Assembly (NCBI GenBank): GCA_964234715.1 | Contig: OZ174286.1 | DNA: 64,000 nt | Strand: one strand, 5' to 3' | Origin: Podarcis melisellensis | Taxonomy: Eukaryota | Shown: positions 1 to 11,609 of the stretch, piece after piece | Numbering within the stretch: position 1 is the first letter of the stretch | Layout of the letters: every line of letters starts with the position of its first letter | Made by a program: the position numbers and the translations under genes | The notes under the pieces: generated by a model | What the model was told of the DNA's origin: nothing | What the model saw: only the letters and a program-made list of their open reading frames with translations | Database searches by the model: none

Positions 1-821
1 AAGTAGCAAATAGGAGCCAAATGCCCTGGGCGGCAAAGATCACTGGGGAACAGGACTCGGAAGAATGAAATAATTATTCAGTTATTATCTTGATCAAATT
101 TCAGCGCAACTAAAAATTCCCACGCAACAATCTGACTACTCCAGTGCAGCTAAAACTGGTGATGTTTTGTTCAGACTCTTTCCCCCCGGATTGCATTCCC
201 AATTGAATTCAAAGCTGTAGATCGGGGCCGGGGGGCGGGGATCTGTGCTCTTCTTGGTTTTGTTGGACGTCAACTCCCATTAGACCCAGCCACCATGACC
301 AACGGTCCGAAATTATGAGGATTGCAGTCCAGCATCTGGAGAGAAAGAGGTTCCTTAGCCCTCCTGCGGATTATTTTGAAAATCTAGCAATGTAATACTA
401 TGGATAGTTAAGGGCCATACTTTGGTCCAATCACCCTGACCTATCAAGGGAAATCCATGGGCAGCTGCAGTGCTTGGAACTGATGGGAAGGCACATCTGG
501 AAGTATATTTGCAGCCATATTGTGGTTTTAAGTTGGACCCCATTGCACTGGTTGGATACTTTTAGTGTAGGGATGGGAAGCTGCAAACCCCTCCAGATAT
601 TGCTCAATGACAACGCCCACCATCTCTAACCACTGAACATGCTGATTAGGACTGGTGAGAGTTGGAGTCCAGAAGCATCTGAAGTGCCACAGGTTCCCCA
701 TTTCTGATTTAGATACAGCAGGGAATGACCCTTTCATACCAATATGTGTGCTATTAGCAGTAGAGCAGAGCCACTTACAGCCCCTTATCTCATTGGACTT
801 GATGGGAGTTACTTCTGAGTA

Positions 822-1175
822 AAGTAAAAGTAAAGGGACCCCTGACCATTAGGTCCAGTCGTGACCGATTCTGGGGTTGTGGCGCTCATCTCGCTCTATA
901 GGCCGAGGGAGCCGGCGTACAGCTTCTGGGTCGTGTGGCCAGCATGACTAAGCCGCTTCTGGGGAACCAGAGTAGCGCACGGAAACGCCGTTTACCTTCC
1001 CGCCAGACGCCACCTATTTATCTACCTGCACTTTGACGTGCTTTCGAACTGCTAGATTGGCAGGAGAAGGGACCGAACAACGGGAGCTCACCCCGTCGCA
1101 GGGATTCAAACCGCCAACCTTCTGATCGGCAAGCCCTTGGCTCTGTGGTTTAACCCACAGCGCCACCCGCGTCCC
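822..1175 (-). mobile_element. Sauria SINE (tRNA-derived), full length
   Basis: Head gggacgcgggtggcgctgtgggttaaacc and B-box-like ggtttgaatccc on - strand; tttac-type tail; TSD tacttctgagta/tacatctgagta (810-821, 1176-1187). Confidence 0.9.
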
Positions 1176-3068
1176 TACATCTGAGTATTCATGACCTAAA
1201 ACAAAAAAAAACCATAAATGCGTGCCTTATACATCTTTAGTCAGGCATTTACTGCTTAAAAGCTCCTTGCAGAGTAAGTTTTTGTAGTTGAGTATTCCCG
1301 TAGGAAAAGGTACAGATAGTTATTAAACATGTGGCTGCATCTCCCTGCTTGAGCAGGGAGTGTGTGGAATATTTGCTGCGAGTCTGGAAAACACACTTTC
1401 TTCCTGAAGAAGAGCTGAAGGTCTCGAGTGACATTCCATTCTTAAACGAAAGCAAATGATCCCATCAGAAAATACCTTATCTGCAATGCTATTCAACCAA
1501 CATGAATTACAGATGGCACACAGATTACTTCCACAAGTAAGCCATAAATCTGGGGAAAGGGTGTGTGCATGTGTGTCTATGATGTTTGGCAGCAAAATGT
1601 TCAAATTAGGCATTGGTGCTGAACATCGCTCTCCTTAACAGCAAATAAAGTTTTGCAGCTTAATTGCATGCTTACTCAGATGCAAGTCCAGTTGTGCTCA
1701 ATGGGGCTTACTCCCCAGTTTCACTCGAGTTTTCGTCTTTGAATGCCGGACACATTGTACACATTAAGTTGTTAGACATGTTTGTATTTTTGTATTAGAG
1801 CTTTTTATAGAATCTGAGTGGACATCAAACCCCAAAGCTCTCCCAAAACAGCCACAGATGTTATGCAGATGATTTTAATGCCGGCTTTAGTTTTGTAAGC
1901 TACCCTGGGAATATTTTGAGACTGAAGTGTGGGGTATAAATTCTTAAAATAACAAGAACAGCACAACAGCAGCACAGTACACATCTTATATGTGTGAGAG
2001 CGGCAGTCATTTGTTAAATGATTAGTAAATGTGTTCTGGTGTAACTGAACACAGTTTTTTAGTGAATGGAAGTGAAGTTGAGAAAGAGCCAACTACCGAT
2101 AAAACGGGGTACTTGGAATGAGTGCATGTGAGAGAGATGGGGGTGGGAGGGAGATGAACTGAAGAGCTGTTGAGGCAAATCGGTCACAAACAACCACATA
2201 TGTTGATTCAGAAAATAAATCTCCACTGATTTCAATTGGATTTAATCCCCCAGAGATTTCAGCCTTAGAAAGGAAGTTGTCAAGTCCAAGACCAATTCAT
2301 TTGGCTGGGCTTGAAGCACAGGGTTGGGTTGGGGGAATGTTTGGCTTTTCAGATGTTGGTGAGCTACAACTCCCAACACCTCCAGCAGGTATAGCCAAGG
2401 GACCTGTAGTTCAGAAACATCTGGAGGGGGAAATGTTCCCGGGCACCTGCACTTGATGGAAGATTAAAGTCTCTTCCCATCCCCAAATGCCTGATCTGTC
2501 AAAGTTCAATGAATCACATTGCTATTAGCAGGGAACTCAGCTGGTAGACGAAGGTGGACTGAGCCAAGGCCCATGTGGTATGCAGGTTGCCCACCCTGTC
2601 CCAAATGCTTCACAGCTGGGAATAAAAGCATATATAATGGGATGCTAGCGGACTTCATTCTTCCACTCCTTGTCCATATGGGAAGAGAGTATATTCTAAT
2701 CTCTGCACCCTTGCCTTCTCCTTTTTATCTGTTTTCACCACAGGTTTCCTGTTAAACGTTTGGCCAGACATTAAGATGGGAAATTAGCAGCAGCGATGTA
2801 ATATGCATGGGAATGATAGGTATTGTTTTTGTGCTGTCTTTCCCAGATTGATATTCAAGATGTCTTTTCCTCCTGTCTTCTCTTGCATGCTGCAATTTCC
2901 CAGAAAAAAAATCTAGCGATGGCTGCATACACACTATCCTGGCCAATGTAGTTTGTCAATGGGTTGCTACGAGTCGTAACTTTGCGAGGGGTGAATTACA
3001 ACGCCCAGAATTCTTTGAGGGAAAGAATGCGCTTTGAGGGTGCTTTAAAAGTATAGTGTTCAGCTTTA

Positions 3069-3288
3069 CAGTGGTACCTCGCAAGATGAAATTAATTCGT
3101 TCTGCGAGTTTTTTCGTCTTGCGAATTTTTCGTCTTGCGAAGCACAGATTCCCATAGGAATGCATTGAAACTTGCAAGACGTTTTCGTCTTGCGAAGCAA
3201 GCCCATAGGGGAATTCGTCTTGTGAAGCAACCCAAAAACCGAAAAACTCTTTCGTCTTGCGAGTTTTTCGTCTTACGAGGCACCACTG
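3069..3288. mobile_element. Tc1/mariner (Tigger/pogo-like) MITE with internal ttcgtcttgcga repeats
   Basis: TIR cagtggtacctcgcaaga / tcttacgaggcaccactg, TA on both sides. Confidence 0.85.
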
Positions 3289-3537
3289 TATTAGTTACAA
3301 AATAAAGCCTAGCACAAATTTGTTATTAGAAGGCGACATCATCTAACAATTTTCAGTGACAGGCTGCTGCACTGAGACCAGGAGACCTCCTATTTGTAAG
3401 GCACCCATGTGGACCAAGATTCAGAAGATATGATGAATACTTCAGTTGAGCTGAGGTCTCTGGGCTCCATCATCACCCTCCAATTCCTCGAACCATCTTT
3501 ACTTGTAAGACACCTCCTTGCTTTATAAACATTGCAT

Positions 3538-3778
3538 CCATGGGCTTTGAAGACACTCAAACTCAGGATGAAAGGGAGAAATGTGCTAAGAGGAAAGTAC
3601 TCTTGGCAAACCCTCACCATGATCAACTCCTGCCTGGGAAACCTATGTCCCCACTGTGGAAGGACGTGTGGATCCAGAACTGGCCTCCACAGTCACTTAC
3701 GGAGTCACTGTTAAAACCGTGTTTATGGAAGACAATCTTACTCGGCTATGAGTGATCGCCAAAGAAGAAAGAAGAAGC
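3538..3778 (+). mobile_element. RTE-clade LINE 3' fragment (C-terminal C2H2-like motif plus 3'UTR and gaa tail)
   Basis: Frameshifted ...EREKCAKRK... then CPHCGRTCGSRTGLHSHLRSHC*; ends gatcgccaaagaagaaagaagaag. Confidence 0.7.
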
Positions 3779-3866
3779 ACTCTTAGGATTTCGGTCTTTT
3801 TAATTACAGTAGTATAAAACTCTGCACCAGCCTGATATGAAAGGAACACATATACAGGTATCATTT

Positions 3867-3900
3867 GTATTTTGAGGTGTTGCGTATTTTGAGGTGTTGC
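3867..3900. repeat. 17-bp tandem duplication
   Basis: gtattttgaggtgttgc x2. Confidence 0.85.
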
Positions 3901-3982
3901 GTGCAGGGGGCAAACTTCACAAAAAAAAATGTCCATAGTGCGGGATGTATTATTACTAGAGCAGTCAAGTACAACAATTTCC

Positions 3983-4515
3983 TGTTGCCTAGAATGGCCA
4001 CACAGGGGAATGTGGCTCCAGGCAGGAGCCATACTTGCTCTGGAGCTTCCTCTCCCTGTGTGTGACCAGGTAGATGGGCATGACCCTAGCTGACCAGATA
4101 AAAGGGCTGGCCACGCTGCCATCTTACTCTTTGAGTCTTGCTCTCCTGGCTCTTAGCCAGCGCATGGCTCAGCCTTCACACAGAATGGAGCTCACAAGCA
4201 GAAAGTCTGAGATGTAGCTCAAACTTCTTTTCACTGTAACCCCAAGGTAAAGCCTGCCTTCAGATTACTGCTGTGAGTAAAACTTCATTCTTCCTTTTAA
4301 AGAAGACTGTGTTGTGTTATTATTATTTTAAGAGGGAAATAAAAGCGAAACTTAACACGGACAAGCCAGACTGGATTGCTTAATTAAAGGATTCTGACGA
4401 ATCATCAACTTGCTTCCAATAAGTTGCAAAGGAAACGTGCTCTGCTGTTTTCTCACTAGCGTGAGTGAGGAGGGATAATATCAAAACAATCTATCCTCTC
4501 CCATCTTCCTTAACA
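3983..4515 (+). mobile_element. Solo LTR (ERV/Gypsy-like)
   Basis: TGTT...AACA termini, 4-bp TSD ttcc (3979-3982, 4516-4519), TATA-like gataaaag ~4097, aataaa ~4338. Confidence 0.6.
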
Positions 4516-4857
4516 TTCCCACACATAGGAATGTAACAATATATACCAGGCACCAGAAAGGGGGGGGGGGGAGAGAGCTTTATATCATAGCAGTTAGGAA
4601 GGCCAGTGCTGTGTCTACACTACAGATTTAGAATTCTGTTATTTTAAACAAGTGTGTCATGTGGTCAATGGATAAACCATTTATTTTGTTTGGAGACATG
4701 AGATTCACGAGCTCTTGGGTGCACTGTTTGGTATCCAGATCATTACATCACAGCTCAGTTTGGGTAATTGGAGATCCTCTGTGAGGTGGGTTGGGCTGAT
4801 TCCAGGGCCAGCCCTACCATTAGGAAGACAGGAGCCAACTGCCTCAGGAGGCAAATA

Positions 4858-5034
4858 CAGTGGTACCTCGGGTTACAGATGCTTCAGGTTACAGACTCCG
4901 TTGACCCAAAAATAGTACCTCAGGTTAAGAACTTTGCTTCAGAATGAGAACAGTGGTACCTCAGGTTAAGAGCAGTTTCAAGGTTAAGAAGAGACCTCCA
5001 GAATGAATTAAGTTCTTAACCCGAGGTACCACTG
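4858..5034. mobile_element. Tigger-like MITE family A (internally deleted copy)
   Basis: TIR cagtggtacctcgggtt / aacccgaggtaccactg, TA TSD. Confidence 0.85.
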
Positions 5035-6250
5035 TACTAGCAGCTGCCTGGCTTTTTCTCCTGAAAAAGCTGTGTGTGCCTTGCTTACTGGTCTCAGGTG
5101 TATTGGGGGATGCCAACTCACCCCCTGAATTGAAGAAAAACTCATCTGCCCATCCTTGCAGCTTCTGTAGATGGAACTGGAGGTGGGGATGCCTCATCCT
5201 GATCTGACATCCCATACCCAGGGGAGGGGGAGCCTATGGCCCTCCATATGTTCTGGGACTACATCTCCCTCATCCTTGTCCATTGGTCACGCCAGCTGGA
5301 TCTGATGGGAGCTGTAGCGCAGCCACAGGACTCATCATACTGGCTCTGCAAAGCGATCCCTTTTGCTCCAGATATACTGTGGCGGCTGCAAATCCCAGCA
5401 AGCCCTCTCCTCTTTTCACAGAAGACCCGTTTCGTTTTACCTTCCAGCCCGAGAGGTGCTGCGGCGGGTGGAGGGCAGCAGCAAGGCGATTCAGCCGTCG
5501 GTGTCAATAGGCCCTAATCTGCGGTAAACCGTGACTATTGCTCTTGGCAGGCCGCTGCTCCGCGCAGAGAAGGGGCGAGTGGGAGGGACTTGGCTGGCAA
5601 GCTGCGCAAATTGAAACCATCCAGCGCTTTATCTGCAGCCCACGTGCTCCGATCTCGCTTCCCCTCCTGCCCAGACGGCCAAGTTTCTCCTGCCGAGTCC
5701 CCCCCCCCCCACTTTGCACCCCCTCCTCCTCCTGCTGCTGCTTGGCTGCGCCTCGGCACCCCCCTTCCCCTCGCCTTCTGCATGCACACACTGACTCCGG
5801 CGCGCTGCCCTGGTCCGACGGCCTCCCTCCTTCTGTCCTTTCGGCTGCAGCAGCCTCCCCTCCACCTCCTCACCCCCCCCCCTTTGCAGCCGCTCTTCCC
5901 GCGCGTCCCCGAGGGCCAAGGGTGGGAAGTGCGAGTTTCCGCTCCTCCGCTTGTCTGTCCCCGGCCGCAGAGCAGCCCAGGCAGCGGCAGCGGCAGGAAG
6001 CTCGCCGGGAGACGCAGCGCCGCCGACGGCTCTCTCCCGCCTAACCCTGCGCGGCGGCGGCGGCTGCTGTTGCAGGGAAGTGGCGATCGCCGTCTCCAGC
6101 GGCGGGAAGCCGTCGGTTGACTTGGCGAAGGGGGTCTCTCCGTCCCCTCCTCGGCAGCGGGTTCGAGAGGCGCGCCCCCGACGCCAGAGGAGGAGCCCGG
6201 CCGGCAGCCGCCGCGCAAGAGAGAGCAAGCGGGCGAGAGGAGAGGGTGGG

Positions 6251-6337
6251 ATGCCGGAGAGACGCCGAGGGATCGGGGGAAGCTGCCGCTCGCCGCCCGC
6301 CCTCGCGGGATGGAGCCGCCGCGCCCGCGCCGTCTGA
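6251..6337 (+). other. Out-of-frame upstream ORF overlapping the TRIL start (28 aa)
   Basis: ATG 6251 (gggATGc) open to TGA 6335-6337, which overlaps TRIL Met10 ATG at 6337; requires the TSS to lie upstream of 6251. Confidence 0.45.
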
Positions 6338-8598
6338 TGCCGCTCCTCCTCCTCTGCTGCTCCTTGGCTCTGCTGCCTCCCGCCGCGCAGCCCGTGTGCC
6401 CGGAGCCATGCGACTGCCAGCAGCAGCAGCACGTCCTGTGCACCAACCGGGGGCTGCGGGCCGTGCCCAAAGCCGTCGAGCCGCAGGACATCCTCACCTA
6501 CAGCCTGGGCGGCAACTTCATCGCCAACATCTCCGCTTTCGACTTCCACCGCCTGGCGGCGCTGCAGCGCCTCGACTTGCAGTACAACCGCATCCGCGCG
6601 CTCCACCCGAAGGCCTTCGAGCGCCTGGGGCGCCTGGAGGAGCTCTACCTGGGGAATAACCTTCTGACGGCCCTGGCGCCCGGCACCCTGCGCCCCCTGG
6701 CCAAGCTGCGCATCCTCTACGCCAATGCCAACGAGATTAGCTCCCTGAGCGCCGCTTCCTTCGCCGGGCTGGGCAGCCTGGTCAAGCTGCGGCTGGACGG
6801 CAACGCCTTGGGCTCGCTGGGAGACGCCACGTTCTCGGGGATGTCCAACCTGCTCTATTTGCACCTGGAAGCCAACCGCATCCGCTGGCTGAGTCGCAAC
6901 GCCTTTGCCGGCCTGGGGAAGCTGCGCTTCCTGGACCTGTCGGGGAACCAGCAGAGCCTGCTGCGCCACCCCGACATCTTCCGGCCGATGCATTTGCTCA
7001 GCACCCTCCTCCTCTCGGGCAACAGCCTGCAGCAGCTGGGGAAAGGGCTCTTCCAACACCTGCCCAACTTGGCCAAGCTGTCCTTGAGCGGCAACCGCCT
7101 GGCTTGGTTGGCACCGGAAGCCTTCGCCGGCCTGGGGGCCCTCAAGGAGCTGCGGTTGGATGGGAACGTTCTGAGCCAGCTGCCTGCGCCGCTGCTGCAG
7201 CCACTGCGCAGCCTGGAGGTGCTGGACCTGAGCCACAACGCCCTGGCCGCTCTCCCGCCGGGTGCCTTCGCTCAGCTGCACAAGCTGCGGGAGCTCAGCT
7301 TGCAGGACAACGCCTTGACTACGGTGCCCGGTGACCTCTTTGCCTCCAGCCCCGCGCTCTACCGCTTGGAGCTGGATGGAAATCCCTGGAGCTGCGACTG
7401 CCGCCTGCGAGGCCTGAAGCACTGGCTGGGCTCCTGGCATGCGCAGGGCCGGCTCCTCACGGTCTTTGTGCAGTGCCGGCAGCCACGGGCCCTGGCAGGG
7501 AAATACCTCGACTACCTGGAGGACTCCCAGCTCTCAACGGCTCTCAACGGCTCCTCTTGCCCCAGCGTGGTGGCCTCCTCTCCTGCCCCGCTTGCTAGGG
7601 GCAACAGCAGCTCGGGCCTAGGCCTAGTGCAGGAGAAGGTCGGCTCCTTGCCCTCTGCCTCGACCATGCAGCTGCTGGGCTCTCAGAAGATCTTGGCGTC
7701 TGGGAGAGAGAGCTGGGCAGCTGAGACAGGCCCCACAACCTCAACGCCCGGCTTGCACCTCAACACCAGGCCACCTTCCCTACCTGGAGCTGCTTGGCCC
7801 AGGCGGGCAGGCAAATACCACTCAGTCTCGTCCGGCATCCCTCCGCTGGTCACCGACCCCTGTGATTTCAACAAGCTGTTCCTCTACAACCTGTCGGTGG
7901 AGGCGGTCGGCTCTGGCACGGTGACGGTGCGCTGGGGGGTCCGCCCGCACCGCAGCCCCCGCCTGCTTGGCCCCGTGCGCTTCAGAGTCCTCTTTGACCG
8001 CTTCGGGGCCGCCACCAAGTTCCAGCGGTTTGTTTACCTCCCCGAGTGGAGCGAGCCTGTGGCTACCCTGCAGGAGCTGCTCCCCGACACCCCTTACCTG
8101 GTCTGCGTGGAGGGCGTGATCGGGGGCCGCGTCTGCCCGGTGGCGCCGAGGGACCATTGTGCGGGGCTGGTCACCCTGCCCGAAGAAGGTGCGGGCGCTT
8201 CCGCTGCCGTGGCGGGCAAATCCCCAAACCTGGACCACCAACTCCTCACCCTGGTGCTGCTGGCGGTCAATGCGTTGCTGCTCTTCTTGGCCCTGGCGGC
8301 CTGGGCTTCCCGCCTGGTGCGGAAGAAGGTGCTGGGGTGCCGGCGGCGGAAGGCAGCGTCGCCCGTGCACGTCCGGCAGATGTATTCGACCCGCCGGCCC
8401 CTGCGCTCCATGGGGACGGGCGTCTCCGCCGACTTTTCCGGCTTCCAGTCCCACCGCCCGCCCCGAAGTGCGGTCTGTGCCTTAAGCGAGGCTGACCTCA
8501 TTGAGTTCCCGTGCGAGCGCTTCATCGACAGTGGCGCCGGAGGGAACAGCAGCGCCCGGCGTGGAGAGGATCACCTGCTGCAGAGGTTTGCAGACTAG
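6310..8598 (+). CDS. TRIL: TLR4 interactor with leucine-rich repeats (single-exon, 762 aa)
   Basis: Strong Kozak gggATGg; signal peptide; LRRNT CPEPCDCQ..CTNRGL; ~13 LRRs; LRRCT NPWSCDC; FN3-like domain; TM LLTLVLLAVNALLLFLALAAWA; tail QMYSTRRPLRSMGTGVSADFSGFQSHRP...LLQRFAD as in vertebrate TRIL; adjacent to CREB5. Confidence 0.97.
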   Translation: MEPPRPRRLMPLLLLCCSLALLPPAAQPVCPEPCDCQQQQHVLCTNRGLRAVPKAVEPQDILTYSLGGNFIANISAFDFHRLAALQRLDLQYNRIRALHPKAFERLGRLEELYLGNNLLTALAPGTLRPLAKLRILYANANEISSLSAASFAGLGSLVKLRLDGNALGSLGDATFSGMSNLLYLHLEANRIRWLSRNAFAGLGKLRFLDLSGNQQSLLRHPDIFRPMHLLSTLLLSGNSLQQLGKGLFQHLPNLAKLSLSGNRLAWLAPEAFAGLGALKELRLDGNVLSQLPAPLLQPLRSLEVLDLSHNALAALPPGAFAQLHKLRELSLQDNALTTVPGDLFASSPALYRLELDGNPWSCDCRLRGLKHWLGSWHAQGRLLTVFVQCRQPRALAGKYLDYLEDSQLSTALNGSSCPSVVASSPAPLARGNSSSGLGLVQEKVGSLPSASTMQLLGSQKILASGRESWAAETGPTTSTPGLHLNTRPPSLPGAAWPRRAGKYHSVSSGIPPLVTDPCDFNKLFLYNLSVEAVGSGTVTVRWGVRPHRSPRLLGPVRFRVLFDRFGAATKFQRFVYLPEWSEPVATLQELLPDTPYLVCVEGVIGGRVCPVAPRDHCAGLVTLPEEGAGASAAVAGKSPNLDHQLLTLVLLAVNALLLFLALAAWASRLVRKKVLGCRRRKAASPVHVRQMYSTRRPLRSMGTGVSADFSGFQSHRPPRSAVCALSEADLIEFPCERFIDSGAGGNSSARRGEDHLLQRFAD

Positions 8599-9419
8599 AG
8601 GCGCGGACGGAACAAAAGTTGCGGCTTCCGCTGCCGCCCTGTTATGCCGGAGTCAAGTGCCCAGCATTGAGATTTGGCAAGGTCTGCTGGGAATGGCAGC
8701 CTTTGGTTGGGTGTACTTAGGCCTTCTGCTGTGCAAAAATGGCGGCTCATCAGACGAATGTTGGATGGTTCTAGGATAGGGTATGCTGGAAAAATAGTAG
8801 CAGCAAAGGGGTTGCTTGTTTCTCATTTGGGGACCAACCCTAGTTAAAGCGGGATTCTACCACTGTTCTCTTGAAAGTACCACTATACTGTAGCTGAAGG
8901 GGCACTGGTTCCTTTTCATGGGCAACTATCAACTTGGTGATGTGGGTTTTATGGTTGTCCAATCATCAGTTTCCACACTGAGATGGTCTGTTGTTGTTTT
9001 CTAAATAACTATTTTGTAATCGTCCCTAACCTGTGGATATAATTCTTTAGCTAATCCTAATTACTGTTGGCCACGAAATGAACAGAGATACTAGGAATGA
9101 AACAGAAGATGAAGAATGTAACCCTATACAAGTGTTCAGAGCTCAGGTGGATTGTGTGCCTTATAGTTGCTCCGTATTTGCACCATTTTACGTGCCAGGT
9201 ACATCACTTAATGCAAATCCCAGGTCTCCTCTTTCACTAGGGTCCTGTTACTTCCGCATATGAACTGTCTTACATATGAGAACTCCGCATACAGCTTAAA
9301 TCCCCCTTACCCACTAGAATGGTTAAACCAAATGCTCGTCCAGTGTGGCCTGTGGCCAGCCAGTGTGGCATGAACACAACAGCCGTCTTCTGTTTGCCTA
9401 CTCGAATTAGTATTTAGAG

Positions 9420-9548
9420 CGGGGTTTCCTAAACTTGGGTCTCCAGCTGTTTTTGGACTACACCTCCCATCATCCCTCACTAGCAGGACCAGTGGTCAGG
9501 GATGATGGGAATTGTAGTCCAAGGCAACTCAAGTTTGGGAAATTCTTG
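9420..9548. mobile_element. hAT palindromic MITE in probable TRIL 3'UTR
   Basis: Near-palindrome with ggactacacctcccatcatccct...agggatgatgggaattgtagtcc; perfect 8-bp TSD atttagag. Confidence 0.85.
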
Positions 9549-9599
9549 ATTTAGAGGCATGCTACCTCTCCAAACTTTATAGCCTTACTTTTCATTGAA

Positions 9600-9885
9600 T
9601 TTGTTTAATCCCCAGTTTTTGCTGGCGGCCATCTGTACATCTTGTGGCAGGGAGTTCCATAGTTTATGCGCTGCTCGAAGAAGAGCTTCCTTTTGTCTGC
9701 CCTCATCTCACACCCTTCAGCTTCGTTGGATGTTCCCATGTTCTCACGTTAATGACAAGGAGGAAAGCCTCCTACTTGCTTTCTCCATGTGGTGGATACT
9801 TCTTATTTTCTTCTGCCATATCCCACCTTACCTTTTCTCCAAACTGAAAAGGTTGAAGCATTTGTAACCTTCCCTTATGGAGGAG
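9600..9885 (-). mobile_element. Degenerate CR1 LINE fragment
   Basis: cttgtggcagggagttccatagttta...tttctccaaactgaaaagg resembles antisense CR1 ORF2 3' region. Confidence 0.55.
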
Positions 9886-11109
9886 TTGCGCCAGCTCCGT
9901 TTACACCACCTAAATGTACAGAGCCTACTCATGGTGCTTCTGCCACTGCTGGGTATACGCTGGCACTGCCATGCACTTGTTTCAAGCACACGCATGCCAG
10001 GGAAATGTCTAACCCATCCCTAAGTCCGTACAGGGCTTGATTTGCAGACCGTTTGAATCAATGACGTTTCAGACACTGACCTCCTTGATCTTTGCACCAG
10101 CCTCTATTGAAAATGAGCCAGGCTTGCTTCTGTTTTGAGTAATGTGAAGGCAGATTACTGCTATGACATGGGGACTGTTGTTCATAGGTGTCCAAGCTTG
10201 AACACTAAGACTTTTAACTCTAGTCAACGTTTTGAGCCCTAGTCTTTGACTCAGACCCTTTCCCCCCCACAAGTGGTGCCTTGGAGACAAACCTTAACAT
10301 GCAAGTAATTGGAAGAAACTAAAATGGTGCTTTTTTTTTTTAAAATAGCCAGAGCCTTTTTTTAATTAGCTCAAATCAACGTGAGCTGATTTAATGTGTG
10401 TTTATATATAAAGTATGCAAACATGTTGGTTTTGCTAGGCTAAATTGCCGATACCACTAGGGGAAAACTAACCCGAGTTTGTTATGATTTGTTTAGAATG
10501 GGTTATTTTTACAATGGTCTTGAATAAATACTTTTTGGTACTTCTACAGCTTAGCATGTTTTTCTTGTACAAGTTGCTGCGACTATTGCTAGGAAGTGAA
10601 ATGCAGAGATTTGTAATGAAGAGTGGATCTGAAGGAATCTGATTGGTAAACAGGTAACATGGGTGAATGAATGTTTGACCTCTGAAAAATAACACTTGAC
10701 ATAGTTCAGACATCTGAAACTGTACTATACCAGTTTTCAACATTCATTTTTAAGGGAAAAAAGAAAGAAATTCAGGCAGTTCAATGGGTCATAAATAAAT
10801 TGCTCTTCAGCATTTTCCTCCCTAATGTGACTCTCACTAGAAGTTTTATCCAGTTGGGCAACTTTTCATTAGCACTAACAGAAATAATGGCAGCACGCTT
10901 TGGAGTTCTCCAGGACTCCTCATTAGGCAAACGAAGTGGTGGAGGAAATGGGGGCCTGACTTGAGGTACAAAAATTAGCCTGGGTGTTGTAGCCATGAGA
11001 TCAGCTTGTAGCCTCAATTCTAAGATGGAGACTGCAGACAGAATAAATCCCTCTTATGTGCTACAGGTATCAGGTTACACACTTAGAATTCTGGGGTAAA
11101 GAAACAATC

Positions 11110-11461
11110 AGGTAAAGGTAAAGGGACCCCTGACTATTAGGTCCAGTCGTGGCCGACTCTGGAGTTGTGGCGCTCATCTCGCTTTATTGGCTGAGGGAGC
11201 CGGCGTACAGCTTCCGGGTCATGTGGCCAGCATGACTAAGCCGCTTCTGGCGAACCAGAGCAGCGCACAGAAACGCCGTTTACCTTTCTGCTAGAGCGGT
11301 ACCTATTTATCTACTTGCACTTGGATGTGTTTTCAAACTGCTAGGTGGGCAGGAGCAGGGACTGAGCAACGGGAGCTCACCCCGTCGCGGGGATTCGAAC
11401 CGCCAACCTGATCGGCAAGTCCTAGGCTCTGTGGTTTAACCCACAGCGCCACCCACATCCC
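11110..11461 (-). mobile_element. Sauria SINE
   Basis: Full length; TSD aaagaaacaat (11098-11108, 11463-11473). Confidence 0.9.
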
Positions 11462-11603
11462 GAAAGAAACAATGCTTGCTCCCAAATTCTGAGCAATTAA
11501 AGTTAGGACATTTCATGTGATTGATCTTTTCTCCCACCTCTGCTAATTTATCAGCTATTTTAAAAATTATATATAAATATTGTTGTCTTCAATGTTTCCT
11601 GAT

Positions 11604-11609
11604 AATAAA
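11604..11609 (+). terminator. Candidate TRIL poly(A) signal (alternatives at 10523 and 10794)
   Basis: AATAAA in AT-rich context with T-rich sequence downstream; not validated. Confidence 0.4.

Larger units (their letters stand above)
5430..8650. promoter_or_regulatory. CpG island covering TRIL promoter, 5'UTR and entire CDS
   Basis: Abrupt rise in GC and CpG density relative to the flanks. Confidence 0.85.

Noticed and set aside
3090-3280. CRISPR-like direct repeats with spacers
   Set aside because: 12-bp repeats with irregular spacing inside a TA-flanked TIR element in a vertebrate genome; no cas genes
3532-3714. Small C2H2 zinc-finger gene
   Set aside because: Frameshifted, 5'-truncated and followed by a simple-repeat tail; better explained as an RTE LINE C-terminus
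1-5400. Exons of the upstream neighbour CPVL expected from mammalian synteny
   Set aside because: No serine-carboxypeptidase-like translation found in this window
5629-7440. 603-aa antisense ORF and other long ORFs over the TRIL CpG island
   Set aside because: Shadow frames caused by high GC and Leu-codon (CTG/CAG) periodicity of the LRR gene; no recognisable domains
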